Source: the human T2T-CHM13v2.0 reference genome, Homo sapiens
Assembly (NCBI RefSeq): GCF_009914755.1
Contig: NC_060925.1
DNA: 64,000 nucleotides
Direction: 5' to 3' (one strand)
Shown: one piece after another, positions 21,871 through 35,639 of the stretch
Position numbering within the stretch: position 1 is the first letter of the stretch
Layout of the letters: every line of letters starts with the position of its first letter
Notes under the pieces: model-generated
What the model saw: the letters and a program-made list of their open reading frames with translations, nothing else
Told to the model about the DNA's origin: nothing
The model's database searches: none
Made by a program: the position numbers and the translations under genes

Positions 21871-22719
21871 TCTCTTTTATTCACCACTATTATTCAGAGC
21901 TGCATAAATCAACTCATTCCATACCTAGAAGTTTCTAGTAAATTTAGCTAGTTTATCTTATTTGTGATGAGAAGTTGGCCTTTCTACTTTTACAAATTCT
22001 TTAACCCTGTCCTATAGTCTGCAATGATATACAGAGAGTAAAGATCTCCCACCACAGTTCTTTAAATATCATATTGCTATCTATGTTGATTTTCAGATAA
22101 ATGCTTTTCAGATAAATACCGCATTTCTACATATGTCTTTGCTTTTCAGGTAAGTATGGTGCATCATTAATTTCTTCTTAATAGGATTCCAATTGAGCCA
22201 TACTTCACCCCCCAAAATAGCTGGAGCACATGCTCATTATTAAACAGTGAATTAAAACCAATTTGATTTAGGAATACTTCGCACATGTTAGGTTGTCCTA
22301 TGATACAACTGGAAAGTGACACATAACAAGAAGTAGGGATCACCATTTTAGCATAGTCCTTATTGTAAGGACATGGATGATAATACAAACCTAATACATG
22401 TTGAGGCAATTAAAGATGAACATAGTAAAATGATGGTCTAACATCATCATCACAAATAAGAGGGATTTCATTTCCTATCTACAGGAGATTTAAAAGTCTT
22501 TTTCAGTGTCCACATTTGCTTGTAAGTTACAGATTAATATGACTTCTTACTTCTGTCGTGAAGAATATGTATTTCAGACAAGAAAAATCAGATGATAATA
22601 TATTGGTGTATACCATAATACACTTTTATTACTAATTCTATATTGCTTGTGTTTTAATTGGCTTGGCTTCAATTAAATAATTCTAAAGGCAATATGACAT
22701 AATGAAGGCAAATGAAACA

Positions 22720-22935
22720 TGAGGTTTAGAGTCAGGTATGTAAGGGCAAATCCTAGTAATAGCACATCATCTCTCTACTTGTTGACTGTGGGGCTTTGGT
22801 AAAGTTGCATATGTACTTAGCATTCCCATCTCTAAAACAAAGAAAATATTCTTCTTTCAATTATCTGGGAAGATTAAATAATATAATCCCTCTACAGTAC
22901 CTGGTGGATTATATGAGTGCAATAAATGTTATCTT
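22720..22935 (+). mobile_element. MIR SINE
   Basis: ttagagtcagg...aaatcctag...catctctaaaa...acagtacctgg...gtgcaataaatgtta. Confidence 0.65.
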
Positions 22936-25747
22936 TCTCTCTTTTCCTTTTTATTAAGACCTAACAGTTGATGAGGAAGTTTAAATTTTCATAAGCTAGG
23001 ATTTCATAGTTTTTTAATTTTACCACAGGAATCAGGACATAGTCATAATTGTTTCTAATGGTTTTTATAATCAAAATATATAGGATTACTAATAATAGTA
23101 GTGGGTTATCATTTCTAATAGCCTGATAAAGATAATCCATTAATAAATTGCTCATGGTTCTTCTCTACAGTATAATTTTAATCCATGTATACAAAAGCTT
23201 TCCTTGTAGATATGCATGTAAGGCAACTTAAATCTGCAGTTTAAATCACCATAATAGTTCTTTTAATGAATATCCTGTTTAAAACCCTTACTTACAACAG
23301 AGCACATGACTATTTGATGTAAACTTGTTGCCTTGTGCTAACCTTCAACTTTTATAAATCATGGATTGTTGAATATTTAAGAAATTTTGAGAAGGGCACT
23401 CAATTTACATGGAGAATAGGCCTTTCTTTCCTGTAAGAGATCTGTTTTTTTTTTTCAATTGTGCATAACTATCATACTTTTGTAATTATCTTCTTCACAG
23501 TTGTTTGAGAATTTTACGACCTGAGAAAATGTATTCTCAATTTTTACTGTAACTTTTCCACAAGTATTAAATTATAACAATTCATCAGAACCTATGTAAA
23601 TGACACACAATGTTCAGATTCGAAAACTGAAATAGTGTTATTCAATCAACTAAATGATTGCGTTCAAAAGTCATTTTTGTTCATTTTTTTAAACCAGCTG
23701 TAGCTCATAAGCATGACATGGGTTCCAAAGGACATCCACACATTTTGTAGAAACTAAATGTGATTTTGAAAATGATTCAACATTCTGAGTCTGTTAGGCA
23801 GCAAAAGGATTAATGACTGTGGATATAAAAAGATGTGATTATTCCACATAGAAATCATGCAGCTGTGTCTTGTGCAACTAAAATTTTGTGGTGGTTTATG
23901 GTCATTAAAAGCACATATTGAAGGATGCTTTCATAGAAAATGGGAAACAGGGGACAATAAAACAAACAAACAAAAAATCACCATTTTAATGTTATACCAT
24001 GGCTGGCTCATAGAATTTGACATTTTTTATAAGATATGGCCCTTAAAATTATGTATTTTTCCATTCTGATCTTTAAATCATCTATGTTGAGTCAATGAGA
24101 AATAGAAATTAAAGAACCTTCATACTGTTTACTTCTCACTTGGATTTTCTCAATTGGCATTCTCATATATATAGTTATTGAGGGTAGAAACAGACTAAAA
24201 ATAATAGATAAAACAATGATACGAAGAATCCTACAGGTAAATCAACAATGATAATGTGGTAGATTATTTTGTTCTTTGCAACTACTTACAACACCATCAT
24301 AAATGCAAACATGCATACATAGTTTCATGATCCATTGTAGAGAACAACTATGAGCAGTTCATGATGCATTATATTTATTCTGATATTAGAAGGAAGGAGA
24401 ATGCTGTGATCAGTGAAATGCAAGTGAGCCAGATGTTGATATAATGCAAGTTTGGACAGTCATCACAAAATTACACCTGTTCTCTTGCTTTTTACCCCTA
24501 CCAGGAGGATGGCATGTTGCAAAAGAGTCCTTCTTCATTCCCAAGACACATAGATCAGAATCACAGGGTACCCACAGAAACCAACATATAATATTGGTCA
24601 GAAGCAACAATTATTGTTATGATCAACTAAAATTTGTGTCTTTTTTTTTTACTACCATGAGGCTGACTCTTATGAGTTGGATGTATTTTATTTTATTTCG
24701 CGATTGCCACTGCCCTTGAGTTAGTCCATTGTCCTATAATGTTTACATTCCGCCCAGAAAAAAAATTATGTGCATTTATGGCAGATGTCTTCCCGGTCAT
24801 TCAACTTCCTTACATTTGAATATCTTACTCTGAATGACTGTTTTGCCTTGGAGTGATTTGTAGTTATTAAAAAATGCTATTTGAGTGAAAATCCTTCTCA
24901 CAGAAATATACATTGAAAACATTGTTTAAATGTAATTGTTTGTAGGTTTTACTTTTGATGTAGCCTTTTGCCTCAAAAAGATGGTCCATTTTTTGGCAAT
25001 GATAAGCCATATTATTACTTGTGCTAAAGCCTTACAATATTTTTTGTTATTGCTGCCCTTTTGAAATTATATTGAGTTTGCAGTTACATGTTGCTCTCAG
25101 GGCTGATAATCATCCTTCTTAAGCTCCACATGTTAAAGGTACACAGCCTGGTGAGATCTATCTACTAATCTACTAGTATGGTATTGTGGGGGAAAAAAGT
25201 GTTTTAGAAATAGATATACATAAGAAGAAAAAAAACAATCTTAGAGAAATAGGCTTTTGCCAAGAAGCAGAACCAAACATATTAGGATAGTTAAGAAATA
25301 GACATGTTGGCTTAACACCAATTGGCATCTGCAAGATATTATGGGGAGGAAAGAGCTAACCTTATATTACTTTGACAAAGAAACATAATATGTTTTGCAA
25401 AGTATCCCAAAGGAGAGCAACTGACCTTATGATTATTAAGAGTTACCCTCAAGAATAGACTACAAATTTTCTAAGCAAATTTGAAGGTACCATGATACTC
25501 TCGATAGTAGTACAATAACATGAAAATAAAGGAACTGGAAATAAATCGCTCTGAGGTTAGGTGGCAATGAATCTACCCTGAGTGAAATACAATTAAGTTA
25601 CTTCTAATTTTGGAGCTATTTGCAATGATATAACAAGATTTTCTAAAACATTTTTGGTATGTATAGTTACAAACTCTTGCTATGATTTTTTTAAGATTAT
25701 TTCTCAGAACAGTTGATTATACCTTAAATTTATACAGATACTTTAAA

Positions 25748-25910
25748 CAGTGTTGTCTTAACTTAATGTGCATATAAATCACCTGGAGATCCTGTTAAAA
25801 TGTAGATTCTGATTCATTAATCTGTGGTGGAATTTGAGATTCTGCATTTCTAACAAGCACCAAACTGATGCTGATGCTTTTCGTTCATGGACCACACACA
25901 AGTAATGAGG
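25748..25910. mobile_element. MER5A (hAT-Charlie MITE)
   Basis: cagtg...aatcacctggagatcctgttaaaatgtagattctgattca...gagattctgcatttctaacaagc...gatgctgatgct...ggaccacac; similar 8-mers ctttaaac / ttctaaac at the flanks. Confidence 0.85.
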
Positions 25911-26946
25911 TTCTAAACCATAATAACATTTATTACCAAGTTAAATGTCTGTCTTTATCATTGACCTGAATGTTCATTTAAGGAAGATCTTGGGTGTTTT
26001 GCACCGTCATAAGTAACTCAGTATATATTTGTCAAAAAAGTAGACAAGTAATTTATCTACCTTATCAATGTGCTATATAAAAGAACCAGAAAAAATATAA
26101 TAAAATGTCCAATGTTCTAGAACTTAACATTTATCTTTTACCTTGGTTGCCACGAACACCTTTACTAAGATCAACTGACACAGAAATTTTAATTACATTT
26201 TGCTCTTGTTTATTCTTATTATTTACATAAGTGATTTTTAAAATTGCTTTAGTAGATAACTGCCTTGTAAACAATTAAAAAAAGATTAACAATATTGCTT
26301 TAACTTCAGATATTTTATTTTATTTACCAGTGAAACATGATATATATATATAGAGAGAGAGAGAGACAGAAAGAGAATGAGACAGAGAAACTGATATAAT
26401 CTTAAGAAATATCAGTGATCTTAAGATTAATTTTAATAAATATCAGTACAGCAGTCCTTTTCTCCCTTCAATGACATTTATTTTGATTATTTCCTAGGAT
26501 AGGAATCTTCAAAAATATTTATTTTTCTTTCTTTTAAAACAATATATATTCTGAGAGAAAGTAATTCTATGCATCTCAAGTAATTATTCATATTTCTTTA
26601 AGAAATAAATTATTTATGTGTGTGTATTTGGTGGATTAACTTTATTATGTTATAAACTAAAATGAAATAAATTTGTTCTTCCTAACAGACCAAGTGAAAA
26701 TGAGAACCACAGCAGTTAACCAACTTTGAAAGAAGGTGGCATATGACAAATAATTAAAAACTGTCTGAATACTTTATACAGAACATAATTCACATAGTGA
26801 AAAGTGAGAATTGACTATTTCTGAAATTAAATGAGCATATTCAGAGTTCTTATTCTTATGGGAATGCAAATAACCCAAAAAATTATAATTGATATTTTAT
26901 CCATATTGTATCTTACTAACTTCTGACTTACACTTTCTTTAAAAGA

Positions 26947-27062
26947 CACACACACACACACACACACAATATTTTGTAAAACTTTTTAGATAAGTGAACT
27001 ACATTGGAGGCATAGTTTTACATACACACACACACATACACACACACACACATATATATATA
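26947..27062 (+). repeat. Two (CA)n tracts, the second ending in (TA)n
   Basis: Direct reading. Confidence 0.9.
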
Positions 27063-27474
27063 CTACATGAGAATTGAGGTAGCATACATTGTTTTAAATC
27101 ACTATTGTATGAAGTTAATACTATTTTTGCACATTGATCATGAATTTTTTATTCCAACAATGAAGAGAATTTTTTTTGTATTGAAACAAAATTAAATATC
27201 TAAAAAATGCTTAAGTTTAGCCATAGAGTAATCAAAATGTATATTATCTTAAGAAATACTTTCAGAAAAAAAATTAAAAGGACTTGCAAATGAAAAAAGT
27301 ATATTGTAACTATTTCTGCTAATAATTTAATTATAGCTTTTTAAATTGTACATTCAATAACAGTGGTCAAACTGAACTTGCTTTTATGATGCCTAGAATA
27401 AAAACTATTCTTCAAAGTTTTTCTAAATTAACAAATCTTATTATATTGTCTATTTGATCCTGAAATAAATTTTG

Positions 27475-27478
<4 letters not shown>

Positions 27479-27511
<33 letters not shown>
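27479..27511 (+). repeat. (TA)n microsatellite
   Basis: About 16 TA units. Confidence 0.95.
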
Positions 27512-27517
<6 letters not shown>

Positions 27518-29699
27518 TCAGAAAAGAAAACTTTTTCCCTGCATTCCTCTACATGAGAAATTGTTTTTTGTAAACAATCCTCACTGTTAACATGTGTCTG
27601 ATGGCCCACAGAGCTGCAGTGAGTTAACAGAAAGGCATAGTGTAGGAAAGAGGCTGCCCATGAAAACTCCACCTCTTACTCTTCCTCCTTTTGTGGATGT
27701 GCTTGTCAGGAGATCACAGGCTTTGTTCTGCTCCTCACTGCCTTAGAGCTGAGAGAGACAAGAGTACTAGCGGAGGAACTCACAGGTTTCCTGGCTACTA
27801 TGACTGGTTGGATAACGCTATATAATTCAGGAGATGCGGATAAGGGCACATTTAAAATTTCTATAAATATTTTGTTATAACATTTAATACATTTTTAATG
27901 AATATTTTGGTCTCTATGTTCCTTAGTGTTTTGTCTTTTAAAATTGATCCAGAACACAGTTTTGTTGCATTATAGTAAACTCTCTTTCTCCCCCTAATTA
28001 AAGCCCACCAATTTTAAAGTCATTATTTTTTGTCATATTCACTTATATTTTGTATTTTGTATTCAGTACACAGATACACTTTAATTTTAGTATTTGTCAT
28101 ATATTGAATTATAATAAAGGTATTACAAAAATGGTCATTAAATATATTCCATAGCTAGAAATCAATATTTCCCAGAAGTGCAGTCTTTTTCAAGATTGAT
28201 TCTTTCAATTGAGTAGCTTATTTTAGATATTCAAACAGTGATGGAATTTAGATATCATTATCCAAAATAGAAGCAAACTGAATTACTATATCGATAAACA
28301 GTCTGGTAGCTATAAAATGAAATAAATGGGGAAAATAATATATATTGAAGAATGTTTTTTATAATTTATTTTTCTCTATAGATAGAATGATAATTCAATC
28401 ACTGGCTTTATCTGTCATAAAATATCCCATTAAAGGCTTCAAGTATGGTACCCAAAGTTTTATGTCTACATCAATAATATGATATACTAAATAACTCTTA
28501 GGGGAAAAAGCCATTTTTCATGTATTTCTTTTTATGACTGTAAAACTGATAGTGAGTATTTTATAGTCAACTTGTTTTGAAAAGCATTGAAATTTTTTTG
28601 AAGATTTAGGTACTTAGGAAGCACCTAGTCATAATACAACTGGCTTTTTGTTAAAAAGGTTTGCTTATATACATTACACCCTAGTGTTATAAGTTTTTCC
28701 TTGGTCTTCATTAATTAAGAGAAAGAAGTGGAGGGATTAGTTCAATTTAAATGCCACAAACCTCCATTTTTTTTAAATGGAGAAATACAATTTCATGTTC
28801 AATCAGGTAAAACAGTGAAGGTTAAATGATAAACTCACAGCCACTAAAAAGATTTTAGTGTAAGTACAATAGCAATAATTTTAAAATTGCCAAAATCATT
28901 TCTGGTATACATTTTAATCGCAGATATCTTATATCCTTAAGCTATTTAAATAATTTCATGCATCTTAACTGAATTATTAACTTTAATGAACAAAAATTCC
29001 CGCAGGAAAATAAAGTAATATTTTGAGAAGAAAAATAATTCCAGCACAAAAAACTATGAAAACTCAATCCAAGGAATATTCAGAGATTAGAAACTGAGTA
29101 AGGTTGTTAATTCCATCTCTTTCCCCCTTTAAGGCAATACTTGAACAAAACTTTCAAAAAACTGAAGTAAAATCATTTAGAGAGAGCATACTGCCATCAC
29201 TGGAAGAATCAACCTCAAGTGAATAATCTTACAAATTTTGAAACATGGTGTATACAAAAAAAAAACATGCAAAACAAAAACGAATCTTAAGGCCAAAATG
29301 TGGCATCCACCATATCAACATAGTAAAACAATTAAATTTAAAAGTCACCATAATTTTGGAACTAAGGAACAAGAATGTCTATGGAACCATTGGTGTTTTT
29401 GATCTCTTCTGTCTTTCCTCTGTCTTTTCCTTCTTTTCTTATCTGGAAAAATATATTTTATCTTCTGAAATACTTACAGGTGCTTTGAATCACTTATATA
29501 ATAATAATGAAGTATGTGTTTCAAAATCACTGAACTTTTTCAGAGGAGGAGTTATAGAAATAACTCAAATTTTACCTTTCAGATTTTATTGCATTAATAA
29601 TAATTGACATTACTAAGCCAAATAGACACAGCTTTCACAGAATCAATCTTCACAATTATTAAAATATTTTATATTTTTGGCTATCTACACTAACATAAT

Positions 29700-29910
29700 G
29701 AAAACAACTTCAATGCATCACATACTTAAATTATACCACACACTGTGCTAAGCACAGTTTTCAACATTTATACTAACCTTTCTATGTCCCATCACATAGG
29801 TGTTATTCTCCCCTTTTCTGTTAAATAATTAAAATGCAGAGGAATTACTTAATAGATTTTAAAGTCTCACAGTTGCCTAAAAGACGGGGAGGGAGAATCA
29901 GGATTCAACA
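29700..29910 (-). mobile_element. MIR SINE
   Basis: cacactgtgctaagcac...ataggtgttattctcccctttt...aagtctcacagt...caggattcaac. Confidence 0.6.
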
Positions 29911-30324
29911 AGGATATGGCTGATCTCTTTCTCTTCTTATTTTATCACTATTCATTTGTGGAACAAGGTAATGGAGAAATAGTGTGTATTTACAGCCAGA
30001 CTTTTCCATCTGCCTTAGCCGCCTATATTTTTCACCTTTAATGTCTTGAGATTCCATGCCGGAGTTATTTTCCACAATGTGCTCAGGCATCCACTCCTTT
30101 TTCAACCTGTTCATGCCTTCCTTATCTACTCTTACTTGGGTACTGATTCTCATCAATTCTGAATCTTTATTTGTGAATTTGACCCAGTTGGCTCTCTGGA
30201 TTTGCTTGCATTCAGAATTATTCCTGAATTATAACTCAATTATCCTCTGTTTATATTATAAATGTTTACATATATCTAGTTATTTGGATGACCTCAATCT
30301 CCTAAGAAAGTGTAGTTTTACTTG

Positions 30325-31010
30325 TTTATTCATTTAACAAACAGTTAATGAGAACCTACTGTAAATGAAGGGCAATTATAGCCATGGGGATGAAGTGGTG
30401 ACCAATATAGCTAAGGCCCTTGTTTTTAAGAAAATATGCAAGAACTACAGATAATAAACCAATAGCCAAATAATTAAAATAATTTCACATGATAATAAAT
30501 ACTGTGATAAATGCAAATGTGATCATGAAATAGTAGAGAACAATGGGGTTCACTGGGCACTATTGATGAAAGAGTAGTCAGGAAAAGGCCTCCCTGAAAA
30601 AATAACATTTGGGTAGAAAAATGTGAACATCATTGTGACTGTGACTGAAAAATAGAGCATGAGGAAGAAATGAGAAGAGGCCTGAGTTTAAAGCTAGCAT
30701 TCACAGATCATTGATGTAAGGCTTTATAAACCACAGGGAGACACTTAGATTTTATTTTAAGTGGCCAGTTCTAGGTTTCAGTTAAAACAGTGAATATGAA
30801 CTGATCCAAGATTTTAAAAGAGCTGTGTGGAGAAGGGACCATTTGAGTATTGTAGGAAAAAAAAAATGATGATGTCTTGGTCTAGAGATGCTGGAGAGCA
30901 GGTGAGGAAAGAGTTTGATATGGGGTATATTCTGGTGTAAAAAATTGACATGACTTGCTGAAAGACTGGGCTGGCAGGTTAAGGAAAGACAAGACATCCT
31001 CTAAGGCTAG
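30325..31010 (-). mobile_element. L2 LINE 3' fragment
   Basis: ttattcatttaacaaacagttaatgagaacctactg start (L2 3' end reversed); gtagtcaggaaaaggcctccctg; agattttattttaagtg; gacatgacttgctga. Confidence 0.7.
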
Positions 31011-31952
31011 AAAATGAACAAGCTGCCTTTTGTGACACCATACCATTGCTGCGAATCAGTCCGGCTATCTTTGGTAAACCCATTAAGAAACTGACAAGAA
31101 AGCAGGGATTCACTCTTTTCCTGGCTTTCCTATTCAATTTTATACAGTGTTCTTCATTATAAGAAAAAGTAACATCTATTTCTAAATGCAATTGTGGGAC
31201 ATGATTTGAAGTCAAACACAAAATTAAATATATGTAATTCTGGGATATTTTTTAATTTTAGGAAAATGTCATATGTTGCTTATTACACATTATCTCCTAA
31301 AAGGTCATTTAAGTATATTCAAAATGCTGAATCACACATCACTATGAAAAAGCCATATTTTTAAGGCTAAATAGTATTTAACAATATCACACAATAGCTT
31401 CCTTAATTTTTACAAATGTATACATTTACATATACAAAGAAAGTGACATTTATTCATTTCTACTTTCTTATTATGCATCATAATTATTTGTTTATCACTT
31501 TTTCCGTACCAGCTACAATCTGTATCAACTACAATCAGAAACACTAAAATGGTGCTAACAATGTAATTGTAGTTATTTAATATGTACTCAAAGAAATCTT
31601 TCCTTCTCTCTATAACTAGAATTGATGACCCCACCTGTGACTTCTTATTATTCATGTATTTTAAATAAAAGTTTCCATATCACCTTACAGAGTGCAACAA
31701 TTATGTCAAATATTTGTATGTTATTAGATTGTAAATAGCTTTCATGCAGAAACTTAGTAATATTCATCTGCTTCACAACTGTGAACACTGTGTGGGACAT
31801 TTAATAATCACTCAAAATGTGTTGGGTAAATGAATGAATGAGTTCTATAACTATTCATACTGTAGCTATCTTGATTAATTAACACTTTTCTGCGATTTAT
31901 ACGGTTTTAGGCACAAGCACACACAGGCACAAATAGGTTCAAAGAGCCGTAC

Positions 31953-32143
31953 CTCCCAGAGTAGCAGATAGCAAGAAATGTGTCCCATATTTCTTGATAA
32001 GGTTTTCTGTGATTTGCTGAAGGGTAGGTCGACGTCCCAAAAGTCTTATGTTGCGGAAGAATTCAGGGGCAAGAGGCAGAGGAGAGCCAAGGAAATTTCT
32101 TCTCTCAACTGCAAGGTTATTTACTTTCCAGCGGCCAAACTCC
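31953..32143 (-). CDS. BRINP3: BRINP3 internal coding exon (probably exon 3), start of MACPF domain: (R)[63 protein letters not shown](G)
   Basis: Part of ORF 31939..32154(-); peptide recognised as BRINP3. Acceptor ttgcttttcAG|G (AG at 32145-32144), donor GGAG|GTacgg (GT at 31952-31951). 191 nt, phase 2 in, phase 1 out. Contains the MACPF signature YGTHF-x6-GG. Exon number is from memory. Confidence 0.96.
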
Positions 32144-33641
32144 CTGAAAAGCAAATTTATTTTTATTCATAAATGCATAATCTATCTGAATGTTTTCATT
32201 TGAGTTCACTTGGTAGCTGGGGTCAGTACATTACAATGTCTCTTGCTTGTAATACTAGGTTGTGTGCTATGAGTAGGAGAAGCAATATTTATAATTTATT
32301 TAACTGGAGTGAATACTCTAAAACCAAGTCATGTAAAGGAAAAATAAGCCACCTAAAGTGTACAGCTTCCACTGAGATTTTTTTCCCCAAGAAAATATAT
32401 TTTCATAAAAACGACTTTATTATGCCTAGAATATGAATATAGAGTTACTAAACAGTAACAAAACAACTTAAGGGCAATTTTTTTCATTTTCTAAGGTATA
32501 TTGGAAAAAAAGAATGATTTATATTCATCACCCTAATGATTCCCTTTCTCTATTCACTTTAGAGTGGGAACATAAAAAACCTCAGGAATATTAAGGAGAC
32601 GCAGAACTTTAAAAACAACAAAAAAGAAATCAGTTTTCTTCTTTTTTTTTTTAATAATCATGGTTTACAACATATTTGGAAACCCAAATTCAGCTATTGC
32701 AATTTCTCAAGATGCAAAGTGATTTTATGGATGAATTTGGCCAAGTTAGAAAAATGAAAGATATGTCTATAAAAGATTTATACATTTTTTAAAGAATGTA
32801 TACATTTACATTGAGATAAAATCAATCTGATAATAAATTAGAAAAGAATTATAGCAAACTGCATCTGATAATTTTTCTGAGAAGTGGTCCAATAAAATTC
32901 TCAAATATCACCCACAGGGAAGAACACTCTTCATTAGGCTTAATACTTCAAAGTGTGTTAATTCATATTTATAAAATAATCAAATAAAATGTTAATTAAA
33001 CACTTTATACACATGTGCAATCTTTATTTCTATTTTTCTCCAAAAAATGCTTGCTATGTGCCAGGATCAGTGCATGATAAGAGATTCATCTACTGATGAG
33101 ACCCACACTGTCCATCTGCAAGTAGCCTTCTCCTTTTGGAGAAATGTTTAGGAATAAATAAAATAAAGACAGAAAATTAAATTTTTTAAAGTTTTAAATT
33201 CTGATATGTACTGAGAGATACACATACAGACCACTTTGATGAGAAATATGACTATATGAAGTGTGGCCATATTTTACATTACATGGCCAAGGAGGGTAAC
33301 TCTGCCGAGACAACAATTAGGCAATATGTGAAAAAATAATAATAAATTGCTTGGTGCAAGGAGGCAGGAAAAGGACTGAAGCAGAATAATGAGGAACAGT
33401 GTACATACTTCCAGGACAAAGGGACATGACACTGACAGTTTCTAACTATGGATATTTAGTACTTGTGGCACATATTTGACAAACAGCCCATTTTTGTCAC
33501 TAATTATATGATCAGAATCACTTTTGAATCTAGGGAAGACTTTGGCCTGAACATAAATTAGAAATTCTTTCATCTTTGAGAAATTCTTGCTATCTCCTGT
33601 AAGAATCAGCTCATCTAAAGTTTTAATTAGTGTTTTTCCTC

Positions 33642-33790
33642 GAAGGGTTCTCAAACTTCAGCACCTATCAGAATCACCTGGAAACTTCACAACAGAGATT
33701 CTGATTCATTAGGTATTAGATAGGAGTTAGAATCTGCATTTTAAACAGACATGCTAGTGCTGCTCTTCTGGTGACCATACTTTGAATAAA
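33642..33790. mobile_element. MER5A (hAT-Charlie MITE), diverged
   Basis: ggttctcaaacttcagcacctatcagaatcacctgga...gattctgattcattagg...gaatctgcattttaaaca...gaccatactttga. Confidence 0.8.
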
Positions 33791-35310
33791 ACAACCGATC
33801 TACATAATTTGCTATATTGTCTTTCAGATCTCTTCAAAGTGTCATCTTTTCAGTAAATATAGGGCTTTTATAGGCTGAATTTATTATAATGTTCCCTCAA
33901 AATAGAGTAAGAATGTCTTTATCTTTCCAAACCTAAGTTGATATCAATAAATTTTTATGTTAGTCACTTCTACAATAAATTTACTTAAATCTGAATTGTA
34001 GGTACATAATGTATGTATATGTATAATATATAAAATATATAATATTAAATATAGGATATATAAATAAAAATTTAAACATTGACAAAAGATCATTTGAAAT
34101 CAAATATTTAAGTCCTAAATTTGATGATATATCTCAGGATATATAGTAATACAAAACTTCTAAGAAGTTATTTTTATACCATGATCAAAATAATAGTTGC
34201 TCATTAATTCCAAAATTTATAGGCTTATGCTCAAACATTTAATTTTTTAACTCCTGAAAAATGCTTGTAATTTAATCAATAGAGTAACATAACTTGACCT
34301 TAAAGCTGTGACATGTATTTTTCAGTGGTTTACAGTGCTAAATTTGTTAACTCAAATGTATTTATAGATTAAGATACAATCTAAGTGAAATAATTAGACT
34401 AAAAAATCCAAGATGATTGATTCAATGGTAATATTTTATATCCTGTATAAATGCTTTCTAAAATGCTGAAAGATTTTCGATACATGACTGAGAGTAAACA
34501 CATGCTAGAAAAGTGCAATTCTATGTTTTTTAACAATTAGTAAATATGCAAATATAAATCCATGATCTATTCTGACCTGATGTATTTATGACTTCCTTCA
34601 TTTTGTTCCTCTTAAATAAGAACAATAGACATATTACAAAACAACTAAAACAAATTATGTATCTTATGAAATCAATTTATAAGGCTCTATAATACTGTAG
34701 AATCAGCTATTCAAAGAAAATATTGTTTACTCTTTATTATCAACTAATATTATTGTCCATGTTGCTGGCAATACAGATGAACATAAGAAAATCTATGACC
34801 TCGAGGGCTCAAAAATTATACAAAGATAAAATATGAATGAATAAATTGCCATTCAAAGGCTTTAGAGTATTTTTCTGTGTAAAAATACAATTGTATAGTA
34901 GCTTAGTTAGCCCAACTCCTCTACCCATTTATCATTGTTCTTTGATATGAATGGATCTAATCCAACTCACTTTGGATATGTTTTCTCTGAATAGCCTAAG
35001 AAGGCTTCCTGGACAACTTTCCAGAGAGCTTCCTTCAGCTATCAGGTACTTTTTACTCACTCAATATGTTAAATTTGTAGTCTCACTTCACCTTCTAATA
35101 TTTCAAATGATAAAACACTTTGACACCCCATCTATTAATCTATTATCTCTGTCATGCAAAAAACAAAAAGAAAGAAACTCTTTGGGGATATCACCAAACT
35201 AAAACTAATTAAATAACTAAATAATTATAGTTATTGTTAATAACTAAAGAAAAATATTTTCTTAATTTCAAGAAACTTAATCTTCCAGTTTTCTCCCCAT
35301 ATTTTCATAT

Positions 35311-35388
35311 AAAGAATAAAGCAAAATACTACACCATTGTGTATATCCAAAAGAATAAAGCAAAATACTACACCATTTTGTATATCCA
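35311..35388 (+). repeat. 39-bp tandem duplication (2 copies, 1 mismatch)
   Basis: aaagaataaagcaaaatactacaccatt[g/t]tgtatatcca twice. Confidence 0.97.
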
Positions 35389-35639
35389 ACAAGGTTAGTT
35401 TGTGTAGACAACATAAATTTCAAATTGAAATCTAAGAGAGCTCTTATTTCCTCTCCACATTTGGTTTGTACTGTCGTGAAATATGATCACTGTTATAATC
35501 TTTATAAAGTTTTTCTGGAAACTGAGATAAAACAACAAAATAATCCTAAGAAGTGGTGATAAGAGCGCTTTAAGTAAAGACAGTCATCTCTGGAGAACCA
35601 CACTGTGAGTAGTAAACATTAGATATGAATCGAAATTCC

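Noticed and set aside
27560-27850. GC-richer unique patch as a possible enhancer or exon
   Set aside because: No convincing splice pair or motif cluster; cannot be supported without conservation data.
29245-29607. 120-aa ORFs here and at 39707-40069 (+)
   Set aside because: Low-complexity AT-driven composition, no recognisable homology, antisense to the host gene.
31978-32436. Plus-strand ORFs overlapping the BRINP3 exon
   Set aside because: Short antisense shadows of coding sequence with no independent support.
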